From the IMG/VR virus record IMGVR_UViG_3300009528_000009: DNA of 45,959 nt, one strand, 5' to 3'. The notes under the pieces are model-generated. The model searched no databases and was not told the DNA's origin. It saw only the letters and a program-made list of their open reading frames with translations. Every line of letters begins with the position of its first letter. The first letter of the stretch is position 1. The translations under genes and the position numbers were made by a program. Shown here piece after piece: positions 34,073 through 41,848 of this stretch. The DNA is from a virus.

Positions 34073-35259
34073 CTTACCTCCATCGGTGCATACATCATTA
34101 GCTGCTTCTTCTTCCCTTCAACGTGCTTGGGATAGTCCCTAACCATTTCGCTATCTATTAAACTTCGCAAATATTCTCTCGTCTCTTTCGCAGTAAACAT
34201 ATGGCTAAATGCTCGTAGTACTACTGCTTCTTCCACCTCTCCCTTCCTTACTACATAGTCATAAATCCTCTGCAAATCACTTCCCTTTGCACTCTCTTCA
34301 ATCGCTCTTATCGCATTATACACATAAGTCTCTGTCTCCTTCAACAACTCCAATGCCTTTATCAAATGCGGAAGCTGCATCACTCTATCATCCCTCTCAC
34401 TTGCACAGAGCAATATCGCTACTTTCAGTAACGTAGTATGATTCCTAAACAAATATCCCTTTAGCAACTCAGGTGTATCTTTAGAAACAAATCTCTTCTG
34501 ATACCACTCATCATACCACTCATACGCATTAGGCCCCCATTCAAACTCACCCTTCATCTCTCTAATAATATTCAAATCATGCAACAACTTCTTCTTACTG
34601 AAAACAGGTAGGGTAGGCTTAGTAATGGGAGGACGAGGCGTATCTGCATAAATAAATAGAATGCGCTCAGGAAAACCTGTTTCAATCATATCTATTGAGA
34701 GACATCCCTTGAGTAACTTTGGAGCACTCCCTGCAAGCATTCCAATAAGTACATTTGATAGCTGTTCAAGTCCTCCATGCTTAGTCTCATATTCCCATTC
34801 ATCAGGACAGTCATACAAGTCAGTCAGGAGATGTATAAGACCTTCATTGTATCTTTCCTTTCCCAAGAATACAGCTAACTCAGCACCATAAATTAGGGAG
34901 GTAGAATTTTGCACAACTTCCTTACCCCTAACTTTCCTTCTCCTCGCCAATCTCTGTATAAGTGCTTCCGGCGTTAACTTCTGTGCAAAAATGCTGACTT
35001 TCTTCGTAAGCAGCTTGAGTAAGTCCCGTCCAATTCTCATAGCTGTTGTCTTCTTACACTTAGCAGAGCCTGCCACTAGTATCACATAGAGATTAGGATA
35101 GACCTTGTACGCTCCCATATCCAACACTACGTTTCGTTCCAGTGCAGCACTTACAATACTCAGCCCCACCCATTTGTGGAAAATCTCAGGACTTTCCTGC
35201 CTCCTAGTATATTCTAGGTATTCATCTAACCAACTACCTTTGATAAGTCTATCATCCAC
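34069..35259 (-). CDS. DUF3987-like P-loop ATPase (putative replicative helicase)
   Basis: Contains FHKWVGLSIVSAALERNV...YPNLYVILVAGSAKCKKTTA, a variant Walker A. GTG start after GAGGAG. Confidence 0.4.
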   Translation of the reverse strand: MDDRLIKGSWLDEYLEYTRRQESPEIFHKWVGLSIVSAALERNVVLDMGAYKVYPNLYVILVAGSAKCKKTTAMRIGRDLLKLLTKKVSIFAQKLTPEALIQRLARRRKVRGKEVVQNSTSLIYGAELAVFLGKERYNEGLIHLLTDLYDCPDEWEYETKHGGLEQLSNVLIGMLAGSAPKLLKGCLSIDMIETGFPERILFIYADTPRPPITKPTLPVFSKKKLLHDLNIIREMKGEFEWGPNAYEWYDEWYQKRFVSKDTPELLKGYLFRNHTTLLKVAILLCASERDDRVMQLPHLIKALELLKETETYVYNAIRAIEESAKGSDLQRIYDYVVRKGEVEEAVVLRAFSHMFTAKETREYLRSLIDSEMVRDYPKHVEGKKKQLMMYAPMEVS

Positions 35260-35521
35260 ATCTTACTCCTCTTCTATCCTTTTCTCTTACTTCAATCAGT
35301 TTTTCAGCCACAGCAAGAATTTCCTTGTAATGCACAACAAAATAATCTAGGTCTGTAATAACCATTTCTCTTTTGTGTGTCATGTCCAAAGGATACTTAG
35401 CTGAGAGTCCATTCTTTGTATCCCACAAACCCACAATAATGTTGTATGTAGGTTCCTTTAACTTTTTCCACTTTATCTTGTTTCCAAAAGAAACATAGGG
35501 ATTAACATGTTGTTTTAACAT
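35252..35521 (-). CDS. Hypothetical protein (89 aa)
   Basis: ORF track entry. Confidence 0.6.
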   Translation of the reverse strand: MLKQHVNPYVSFGNKIKWKKLKEPTYNIIVGLWDTKNGLSAKYPLDMTHKREMVITDLDYFVVHYKEILAVAEKLIEVREKDRRGVRCG

Positions 35522-35548
35522 ACTACTCCTTCCTTTCCCTCTCTATTT

Positions 35549-36040
35549 TTATATCAGTAGTGAATTAAATAAACTAAATGTACTTGCTTCGGGAGTTCTT
35601 CCTAAAAGACTAGTTATATATTTTTGAGACTTTTTCCAAGCTAATGAAACAACTTCATGTCTTAGGTGAACTTCATTTGTAGATTCAGTATGCTTAAACT
35701 TTCTACATTCAAAGGGACGTGCTGAGTAAATCTCACATTGACCCTTAACATAAAATATACATTCTCCTCTTGGATCAGCAGGAGTTTCAGTACCAGGTGT
35801 AGCTGACTTTAGAGCAGGAGATAAAACAAAAATCTCTTTATCTTCTACCCACCAATTTACAGCTAACTTAGTTTTGAATAGCTTTGAAATAGATATGTTT
35901 AGCAATGTTGCAACATCTTTGATTTCTTTTGGTAAGAACCATCCAGGACAATACATGCATGCATTTTTGCACTTATTACAATTACAGTTTGTATCTTTTG
36001 TGCTATATACCTTACTGATTTCCTCTGTGGTAATTGCCAT
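35549..36040 (-). CDS. YkgJ-family Cys-cluster protein (CxxCxxCC-type zinc/iron-chelating domain)
   Basis: Contains CNCNKCKNACMYCPG, followed later by GECIFYVKGQCEIYSARPFECRKF. GAGGAG RBS. Confidence 0.65.
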   Translation of the reverse strand: MAITTEEISKVYSTKDTNCNCNKCKNACMYCPGWFLPKEIKDVATLLNISISKLFKTKLAVNWWVEDKEIFVLSPALKSATPGTETPADPRGECIFYVKGQCEIYSARPFECRKFKHTESTNEVHLRHEVVSLAWKKSQKYITSLLGRTPEASTFSLFNSLLI

Positions 36041-36064
36041 TTCTCTACTCCTCTTCTTTCAAAT

Positions 36065-36242
36065 TGGTGGAGGCGGGGACTGTTAGGTCCCGTGCAAGCT
36101 CATTACTCTGGCAGGATTCCCCAAGTGAACGTTTAATGTCTGCCTCGCCGACTAGTTGTCCTTTCTGGCGTTGCCTGTCACGCCTGTGGCCACCTTCTTG
36201 GGTTGTTATCACAGAGCTAGAGCTTGTCGATTATGCGCCCCC
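36065..36242 (-). ncRNA. tmRNA-like RNA with tRNA-Ala-type acceptor (G3:U70, A73, encoded CCA)
   Basis: On the minus strand, 5'-GGGGGCG pairs with CGCCUCC-ACCA-3' in a 7-bp stem with a G3:U70 wobble. AAUCGAC forms the D-loop analogue. CAAGCUC/GAGCUUG is a P2-like 7-bp helix extended by CUCUG/CAGAG. GGGAC/GUCCC is a T-arm with an atypical 6-nt loop. The internal domain is about 100 nt. Confidence 0.55.
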
Positions 36243-36473
36243 ATTCCATTTTTCTAACTTAATAAACTTTGCACTGTTAATTATAAGACCAAACAGATTT
36301 TCTAAGCTTTTCACACTATCACAATTCACATTAGATATTCCTGCAATAATTCCACAATGCTTACATACAAGTTGTAAATCTATTCGACCATCAAAATGCT
36401 GACGAAACCAACTAGGTGCTACCCATTCATGGTTCCCGTTATGCGTTACTACTGGTCGTTCAGAACACTTCAT
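36231..36473 (-). CDS. Hypothetical protein (80 aa); 3' end overlaps the RNA 5' end by 12 nt
   Basis: ORF track entry with an AGAGGTGAAA RBS. Confidence 0.55.
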   Translation of the reverse strand: MKCSERPVVTHNGNHEWVAPSWFRQHFDGRIDLQLVCKHCGIIAGISNVNCDSVKSLENLFGLIINSAKFIKLEKWNGGA

Positions 36474-36474
36474 T

Positions 36475-36912
36475 CTATTTCACCTCTTTATGATATTTCC
36501 AATACTTCTGCAATATCAACTGTACTAAGTTCCTGGCATACTCCCTGTTCGATGCAAAAAACACATGCACACCATACTTCACAGTCCACGAAACAAACGA
36601 ATTAACCACTACTAGTGGACTCACCTTGGTATATGAGGGTGGAGTAAGCAGACTAGACAGACTTGCCTCAATCACTACTGCAGCATAGTTAAACTTTGAC
36701 AGTCTCATCATTTCTTTCTCAAACCTTACTCGTCTAGCTCCACACGATCCATACGCATCTTCCTTGGTCTTGCGCTCAACAGCAACATCATTCTCCAGTC
36801 CGAGTATAGAGTAATCGCCAGTCTTCAATGTCTTTGTCACACTAGTCTCAAACTCATATGGCAATTGTTCACGTGTGTCAATGACTATAGTAAGTTTAGG
36901 CTTTTTCGTCAT
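36475..36912 (-). CDS. ERCC4/XPF-Mus81-type nuclease domain protein (putative junction resolvase)
   Basis: VIDTREQ...GDYSI...VERKTKEDAY matches the GDxn-ERKx3D signature. Confidence 0.6.
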   Translation of the reverse strand: MTKKPKLTIVIDTREQLPYEFETSVTKTLKTGDYSILGLENDVAVERKTKEDAYGSCGARRVRFEKEMMRLSKFNYAAVVIEASLSSLLTPPSYTKVSPLVVVNSFVSWTVKYGVHVFFASNREYARNLVQLILQKYWKYHKEVK

Positions 36913-37339
36913 TGTCTCTCTGTGTAATAATAGTAGTAATACCTCCTTTGCTTTGAATATCAACTAACATCCTACCGCAATCACCATACGGGGCGACCCA
37001 AATCAATGTCTTACGATGCATAATAAAGTCTCCTCCCTTGTAACCCGTGTAGGTTGAGCCATCCGCGTCCTCAAACATTTTAAGTAAGTCTCTTACAACT
37101 ATAGGTTCCGTATCCCATCCATAATCAAGAGATAAATCCTCATAGTAACCTCTGTAGCTTTCTAAATCACAAGGATTATCATCGGTAAAATCTAGCTTAA
37201 TAGTATTGAATGGTGGTTGAGCTTTCAAGAGCAAAATTACCTCACCAAGAGTTTTAATTGGCTTCTTCGCAAACTCATCTTGCTTTGCTTTCGCTAGCAT
37301 TGCATAAAACATGTTCTCAGTATCCTTATTTTTCATCAT
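36896..37339 (-). CDS. Hypothetical protein (147 aa)
   Basis: ORF track entry with a GGGAGGA RBS. Confidence 0.65.
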   Translation of the reverse strand: MMKNKDTENMFYAMLAKAKQDEFAKKPIKTLGEVILLLKAQPPFNTIKLDFTDDNPCDLESYRGYYEDLSLDYGWDTEPIVVRDLLKMFEDADGSTYTGYKGGDFIMHRKTLIWVAPYGDCGRMLVDIQSKGGITTIITQRDNDEKA

Positions 37340-37733
37340 TCCTCCCTTTCAGTTCCTCCAAATCCACAAACACATTTCCATCCTCTACATGTGCTTCAAT
37401 ACTTTGCTTCTCACCCTTGCCTAAATATCCTTCAAGCAACGTGCCAGGTATGCCAACAACCGCACCTTTGTTCTTAATACTGCGATAGCCTAGAAACTTC
37501 GCCTCCTCTGTAAATGCCAACAACAACTTACTTCCCTTTTTGTGTATATAACAATATACTTTTTCATCCAACTTCAACTGCTCCCTCAGTCCTACAGAGA
37601 TATAGATATATCCCGATCCTTTCTTACACCTCCCTATCGTAACCTTATCGCCACTTCTATGAGGATGAAGCAACTCATACTCACCACCTCTCATTTTTTG
37701 TCTGAACTCTCTCGTATATAATTTATCCGACAT
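37326..37733 (-). CDS. Hypothetical protein (135 aa)
   Basis: ORF track entry. Confidence 0.6.
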   Translation of the reverse strand: MSDKLYTREFRQKMRGGEYELLHPHRSGDKVTIGRCKKGSGYIYISVGLREQLKLDEKVYCYIHKKGSKLLLAFTEEAKFLGYRSIKNKGAVVGIPGTLLEGYLGKGEKQSIEAHVEDGNVFVDLEELKGRNDEK

Positions 37734-37903
37734 ATTTTTTGATACTCTTCCCTTCTATCAAATACTGTCTTCACTTTCTGGTTCCACGCCTTCACATCCA
37801 TCACCACTCCATCTTTCATCAACATTACACCATGTTGTGTAACCGTTGCTCCCTTAAAATTATTCCTGAGCTGTCTATCACACTCCTTGATGGTTCGAGA
37901 CAT
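37691..37903 (-). CDS. Hypothetical protein (70 aa)
   Basis: The internal ATG lies in a TAATG overlap with the upstream gene. Confidence 0.5.
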   Translation of the reverse strand: MSRTIKECDRQLRNNFKGATVTQHGVMLMKDGVVMDVKAWNQKVKTVFDRREEYQKICRINYIRESSDKK

Positions 37904-38253
37904 TACTGGTCTTGCTTCTCTCCACCACACTTTTCTGCCTCCATTAACTCAGTTGCTCTCATCTTCATTATCAACCCATACCCTGCTACATCTCTCCAAT
38001 TCTCCACATCATCACTACGTCCCACTGCTATCCTAAACAACTTATCAACAATTCTAGTCACTGCTAACATATCTCCATACTGCTCTAGTGCTATGCCATT
38101 TGGATACAGCAACTTCAGCACTTGCCCTGACTGCTTGTATGACTCTCCATACTGAAGATGCTTTGCTGTCAATAACGTAGCAAGTTCCTCAGCTTCTTCC
38201 AGAAATACATGGTTGAGATTTACATGGATGTCCTCAAGTGATAGCTTTCGCAT
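37903..38253 (-). CDS. DUF1599-like (nucleotide-modification-associated domain 1 / all-alpha MazG-like) protein
   Basis: KHLQYGESY...LAVTRIVDKLFRI...ENWRDVAGYGLI matches the K...YG.s...R..DK..R...D...Y pattern. Confidence 0.45.
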   Translation of the reverse strand: MRKLSLEDIHVNLNHVFLEEAEELATLLTAKHLQYGESYKQSGQVLKLLYPNGIALEQYGDMLAVTRIVDKLFRIAVGRSDDVENWRDVAGYGLIMKMRATELMEAEKCGGEKQDQ

Positions 38254-38566
38254 TTTCCTCCTCCCACTTCCTCATCACCCCTGCAAATGTCTTTGGCTCC
38301 AGATACACTACCTTAATCTTCTTACGAAGGGCGAAGGCCATGCCGAGATCAAAGATAGTACCGAAACTACGTTGATCCCAAATAATATGTATTTCATCTG
38401 CTTGCTCAAGTAGGGAACGATTATGCTTACACACTCCTAGTGCATCTAGTTCCTCATGGTCATCAAAAGCAGGTAGTGCAACTACATGTCCTTTCTCTTC
38501 TAACTCAAAGACATGTGCTTCCATTTTCTCCTTATACTGAGTCGAACCAATTATCAACACCTTCAT
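38234..38566 (-). CDS. Nucleoside 2-deoxyribosyltransferase-like protein
   Basis: MKVLIIGS is the N-terminal strand. ADEIHIIWDQRSFGTIFDLGMAFALRKKI resembles aD.v.....S.Gt.fElG.A.algK. Confidence 0.5.
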   Translation of the reverse strand: MKVLIIGSTQYKEKMEAHVFELEEKGHVVALPAFDDHEELDALGVCKHNRSLLEQADEIHIIWDQRSFGTIFDLGMAFALRKKIKVVYLEPKTFAGVMRKWEEENAKAIT

Positions 38567-39399
38567 CTATTATAGTCCTCCCAAGCCTTTTCTATTGTTG
38601 AGTACTTCCTATAATATCTGAGGTAAATAAATCGTCTGAACTTCCTGAGTGCTAGTGTCTGTTTGTATAGCATGGGAAACGGATCAAAGCCCATTGAATT
38701 GATAATTTCACAGCGATACATGTTCTCTTCTGATGTAGTGTCAAATCCCATTAGGACGTAAATCATAGCTCTAATTTTATGTTTTTGTAACAACTTCATA
38801 CCTTGCAGAATTTGTTTCTCATCTCTCATTCTATCCCAAGCGAACTTAGGCTGATTCTTCCAATTAGTAAGTTTGATCCACCAAGCCTTTTCATCATCAA
38901 GCAATCTGAGGTCATTACCGCTATTATCAATCACATCCACTTGAGCATGAAGAATCTCGCCAAATGTATGCTTCCAATTTGGGTCATAAAACATATTGTT
39001 ATTCAAAAGCTCAATTGTATCAAACTTTTCATCATGGAATGTCCATATGGAATGATGTTGTTCTTCTTTGGGTAGCAAGGGAACTTTACAGAATTTGCAT
39101 TTACGTTTACAATCCCGAAATGTATATCCTAATGAGTGATCGAAATTGAATAATGAATAATCTGGTCTGCAACTCTCTATATCTGTTGGTAAACATTCCT
39201 GTGGATCATACCCAATTCCACCAGTCCAATCAGTCTTCTCTCTTGTACTCTTCTCAAACAACCATGATCCATAAGTTATATCAGCCTTCCATAGTGGCAT
39301 ATTTAACTTAACTTCATCTCCATGTTTTTTATAATAAGTGGAAACTTTCATCAAAGCTAAGTTATGCTTTGGCGCATCAGTTAATAGAGATACTTTCAT
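38563..39399 (-). CDS. Radical SAM enzyme (CX3CX2C) with N-terminal B12-binding-like Rossmann segment
   Basis: YTFRDCKRKCKFCKV contains C-x3-C-x2-C. The N-terminal HNLALMKVSTYYKKHGDEVKL resembles the class-B radical SAM N-domain. Confidence 0.6.
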   Translation of the reverse strand: MKVSLLTDAPKHNLALMKVSTYYKKHGDEVKLNMPLWKADITYGSWLFEKSTREKTDWTGGIGYDPQECLPTDIESCRPDYSLFNFDHSLGYTFRDCKRKCKFCKVPLLPKEEQHHSIWTFHDEKFDTIELLNNNMFYDPNWKHTFGEILHAQVDVIDNSGNDLRLLDDEKAWWIKLTNWKNQPKFAWDRMRDEKQILQGMKLLQKHKIRAMIYVLMGFDTTSEENMYRCEIINSMGFDPFPMLYKQTLALRKFRRFIYLRYYRKYSTIEKAWEDYNR

Positions 39400-39600
39400 C
39401 TATACCTCTTTCCAAAACTTGTAATAGGCAAATCGAAGGTCAGGAGATGCTTTATAACATTTGAATAGCCATTTGGAGTAGTAAGGAAAATCAGCTTCAG
39501 GGATAAATGAATGAACTATGGGAATGGCAATCGTAGATAAAGGTGAATCCATAGTGACTGTCTTCTTGAAACCGTGCATAGTCAATAAACATTTAGTCAT
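39400..39600 (-). CDS. Hypothetical protein (66 aa)
   Basis: ORF track entry with a GAGGTATAG RBS. Confidence 0.55.
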   Translation of the reverse strand: MTKCLLTMHGFKKTVTMDSPLSTIAIPIVHSFIPEADFPYYSKWLFKCYKASPDLRFAYYKFWKEV

Positions 39601-39860
39601 TATCTATACCTCGTCTTCAACCCCATCACATTATTTGCCGGCAATATCTCGGCAGTATCTGTGCCAGGCACAATAATCACCTTCTGCTTCTCCTTCACTT
39701 CAATACTCCAACCCTTCTTTATATACACATCTCTAATAGTCTGATACGCCTTCTCAGCAATAATAGGACGAGGAAAGTAGGTAGAGTCCACTACTTTCCT
39801 ACCAGTCAGGTGTAGAATCTTACGTAACGGGCCTTTACGAAGGACTATTTTGGCTTCCAT
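39600..39860 (-). CDS. Hypothetical protein (86 aa)
   Basis: ORF track entry. Confidence 0.55.
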   Translation of the reverse strand: MEAKIVLRKGPLRKILHLTGRKVVDSTYFPRPIIAEKAYQTIRDVYIKKGWSIEVKEKQKVIIVPGTDTAEILPANNVMGLKTRYR

Positions 39861-39861
39861 A

Positions 39862-40035
39862 CTACCAATCTGGCCATAAAACAGATGCTACACCTATCAA
39901 CCCAAAGGTTAGACAAGTGACTCCCCAAACAATCACAATTTCCCAGTAATCAAAAACATTTCGAGTTGTCTGGGTTCCAGCGATAGTCAATAGGAAAACT
40001 CCCGTCACAAATAACCAAACTGCTGCAAACTTCAT
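39862..40035 (-). CDS. Two-TM small membrane protein (holin candidate)
   Basis: MKFAAVWLFVTGVFLLTIAG...IVIVWGVTCLTFGLIGVASVLW. GGAGGTG RBS before the internal ATG. Confidence 0.45.
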   Translation of the reverse strand: MKFAAVWLFVTGVFLLTIAGTQTTRNVFDYWEIVIVWGVTCLTFGLIGVASVLWPDW

Positions 40036-40099
40036 CTCACACCTCCGGCTTCTCTTTCCCTGCAAGGTAGAGAATGGGCCTCAACTGGAGGCCCCACTC

Positions 40100-40528
40100 T
40101 CACAAACTATCTGCTACTGCTGCACAAAACTCAGCCAACTCCTCATCTGTAAAGATGTTATCTTCTCTCATATGATTGAGCTTATCAAACACTTTCTCAT
40201 ACCTACTCACATCCCAAGTGAAATCTATAATCTTTGACTTGAACAGCCCACCAATACCATAGAGAGCAATTTTCAAAAGTCTTGGTTGGTTCTTTGCTAA
40301 CTCTTCAAACAACTCTCCCAATTCCTCATCTGTAAATTTATCGTCCTGCCGAAACGCATCGAGCTTCTGAAAAACTCTCTTATACTGCTCCATATCCCAC
40401 TCAAAGTCCACAAAGGGCATCCTCAAAATGCCCCCTATCAGATGTAACAGATTTTTCAATGCTTCTCTTAACACAATTTTCCTCCTTTTTATTATTAGCC
40501 AACCCACAATCCAAAGAATTGGATGCAC
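40100..40528 (-). CDS. N-terminally anchored protein with an internal ~45-aa duplication
   Basis: The repeat is DFEWDMEQYKRVFQKLDAFRQDDKFTDEELGELF paired with DFTWDVSRYEKVFDKLNHMREDNIFTDEELAEF. GTG start after GGAGAA. Confidence 0.55.
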   Translation of the reverse strand: MHPILWIVGWLIIKRRKIVLREALKNLLHLIGGILRMPFVDFEWDMEQYKRVFQKLDAFRQDDKFTDEELGELFEELAKNQPRLLKIALYGIGGLFKSKIIDFTWDVSRYEKVFDKLNHMREDNIFTDEELAEFCAAVADSL

Positions 40529-40529
40529 C

Positions 40530-40874
40530 TCAGTTCTCCTTCACAATCTTAACTTCTCTAGGCTTCTTACTTTCCCACTGACCGATGCAGTTAACAAAAA
40601 ATTCTACATCATCTGGAATATCTGGTGACTGGCCCATAGCGACTCGTAACTTTGCTTTATCCTCACTTTTTGCTACAATATCATTGTGAAAAAGTAACTT
40701 TCCCTTTTTTGTATCCACCACATAAACCTCATATAGTCCCATCATATCTTTTTCACCTCCTTGGTTGATTAAGTCATCTTCAATCTTTATTTCAAACTTA
40801 GAGTCTAAATCGTATGGAGTAGAAACCCATGATACATAACCACTAGATACTGTTTCACTCTCCAACTCATTCAC
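40530..40874 (-). CDS. Hypothetical protein (114 aa)
   Basis: ORF track entry with a GGGAGGTG RBS. Confidence 0.6.
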   Translation of the reverse strand: MNELESETVSSGYVSWVSTPYDLDSKFEIKIEDDLINQGGEKDMMGLYEVYVVDTKKGKLLFHNDIVAKSEDKAKLRVAMGQSPDIPDDVEFFVNCIGQWESKKPREVKIVKEN

Positions 40875-40880
40875 CTCCCT

Positions 40881-41312
40881 TCAACTTTTTTTCAACCCCA
40901 ATCCCTTCTCACGTATATCGAGATGGACATGGGATTTATATACTATTGCTGTGGTGAAGCCACAATTCAATGCTTTCTTAGCTACTTCCTCATGCGAATG
41001 AGACCAGACGTAACAATCTATAGCCTGTCCTTTCAGATGATATGACCTTACTGCACCGCCAACCTTTCTATTATGTTTTGGTGTACGATACCCACTAGTT
41101 ATTCTTAGCTTTTTGTCAAAAACACTTTCAGCTAAAGTATTAATACAATCTACTAGGTGTGGGTCAACCATCACTTTTCTAGTATCAGGACTAGCCAAAT
41201 CAGCAAAGTTGAAGTTACACATGTGGTTCATACTCAGGAGGATGAAGGCATTCAAAATCACCATCACACTGATACATACAGTAATAGCAAGCCTCATACG
41301 CTTTCTCTTCAT
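40881..41312 (-). CDS. LAS-family (peptidase M15-like) peptidoglycan hydrolase with N-terminal signal-anchor: endolysin
   Basis: SGYRTPKHNRKVGGAVRSYHLKGQAID carries the H-x6-D motif and HVHLD the H-x-H motif. The N-terminus is MKRKRMRLAITVCISVMVILNAFILLS. Confidence 0.75.
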   Translation of the reverse strand: MKRKRMRLAITVCISVMVILNAFILLSMNHMCNFNFADLASPDTRKVMVDPHLVDCINTLAESVFDKKLRITSGYRTPKHNRKVGGAVRSYHLKGQAIDCYVWSHSHEEVAKKALNCGFTTAIVYKSHVHLDIREKGLGLKKS

Positions 41313-41344
41313 CAGTTTTCAACTCCTCTCCACACATACAAAAC

Positions 41345-41536
41345 TTACCTTTTAGATACAACATGCTCCTTCTCCTTCAAAAACCTATCAATCCTCTCAG
41401 CTAAATACTTCAGTTCATTCTGGTGCATATAAATCTCCATACTTCCCCAGTAGAGAGTAACCATATCATTGTCCTTCTCAAAATCTACAGTAGGAACATC
41501 ATTCTCTGTGAAGTACATAGTAACACTATTTCTCAT
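41345..41536 (-). CDS. Hypothetical protein (63 aa)
   Basis: ORF track entry with a GAGGAGAAG RBS. Confidence 0.55.
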   Translation of the reverse strand: MRNSVTMYFTENDVPTVDFEKDNDMVTLYWGSMEIYMHQNELKYLAERIDRFLKEKEHVVSKR

Positions 41537-41663
41537 CCTTCTTCTCCTCTACCTTCGTGAATTGCCCGCAGTAGCCACAATAGACCTTTTCTTTACCCTC
41601 ACTTGATACATACTGCTCTACATTACAGTGCTCACACTTAATCTTGAAGGCTCTTACTTCCAT
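41526..41663 (-). CDS. Zinc-ribbon mini-protein (45 aa)
   Basis: MEVRAFKIKCEHCNVEQYVSSEGKEKVYCGYCGQFTKV... Manual translation. Confidence 0.45.
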   Translation of the reverse strand: MEVRAFKIKCEHCNVEQYVSSEGKEKVYCGYCGQFTKVEEKKDEK

Positions 41664-41796
41664 CTCCTACCTCCTCAAAATCATATTCACACTCAGGGCA
41701 TCTACCAAATACATCCACATCCTGTGTGCTGACAATAGTTTTGCATTTGGGACAGGGGAAGATTAAAGTAACTGTGTGTTTAACTACTTTAGGCAT
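41638..41796 (-). CDS. Zinc-ribbon mini-protein (52 aa)
   Basis: MPKVVKHTVTLIFPCPKCKTIVSTQDVDVFGRCPECEYDF... GGAGAG RBS. Manual translation. Confidence 0.45.
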   Translation of the reverse strand: MPKVVKHTVTLIFPCPKCKTIVSTQDVDVFGRCPECEYDFEEVGDGSKSLQD

Positions 41797-41848
41797 TAGA
41801 CTCTCCAAACTTGACATTCACTCAGCAGATGTCAACTATAAAGATTGC

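Noticed and set aside
36065-36242. Interpretation as an ordinary tRNA gene (tRNA-Ala)
   Set aside because: There is no D-arm, anticodon arm or variable-loop cloverleaf between acceptor and T-arm. Instead a long P2-type helix and a ~100-nt insert are present, so it is only tRNA-like at the acceptor and T end.
36034-36402. 122-aa plus-strand ORF across the tmRNA-like element
   Set aside because: It is antisense to the minus-strand operon and has no RBS. The same DNA is better explained by the structured RNA and the flanking minus-strand genes.
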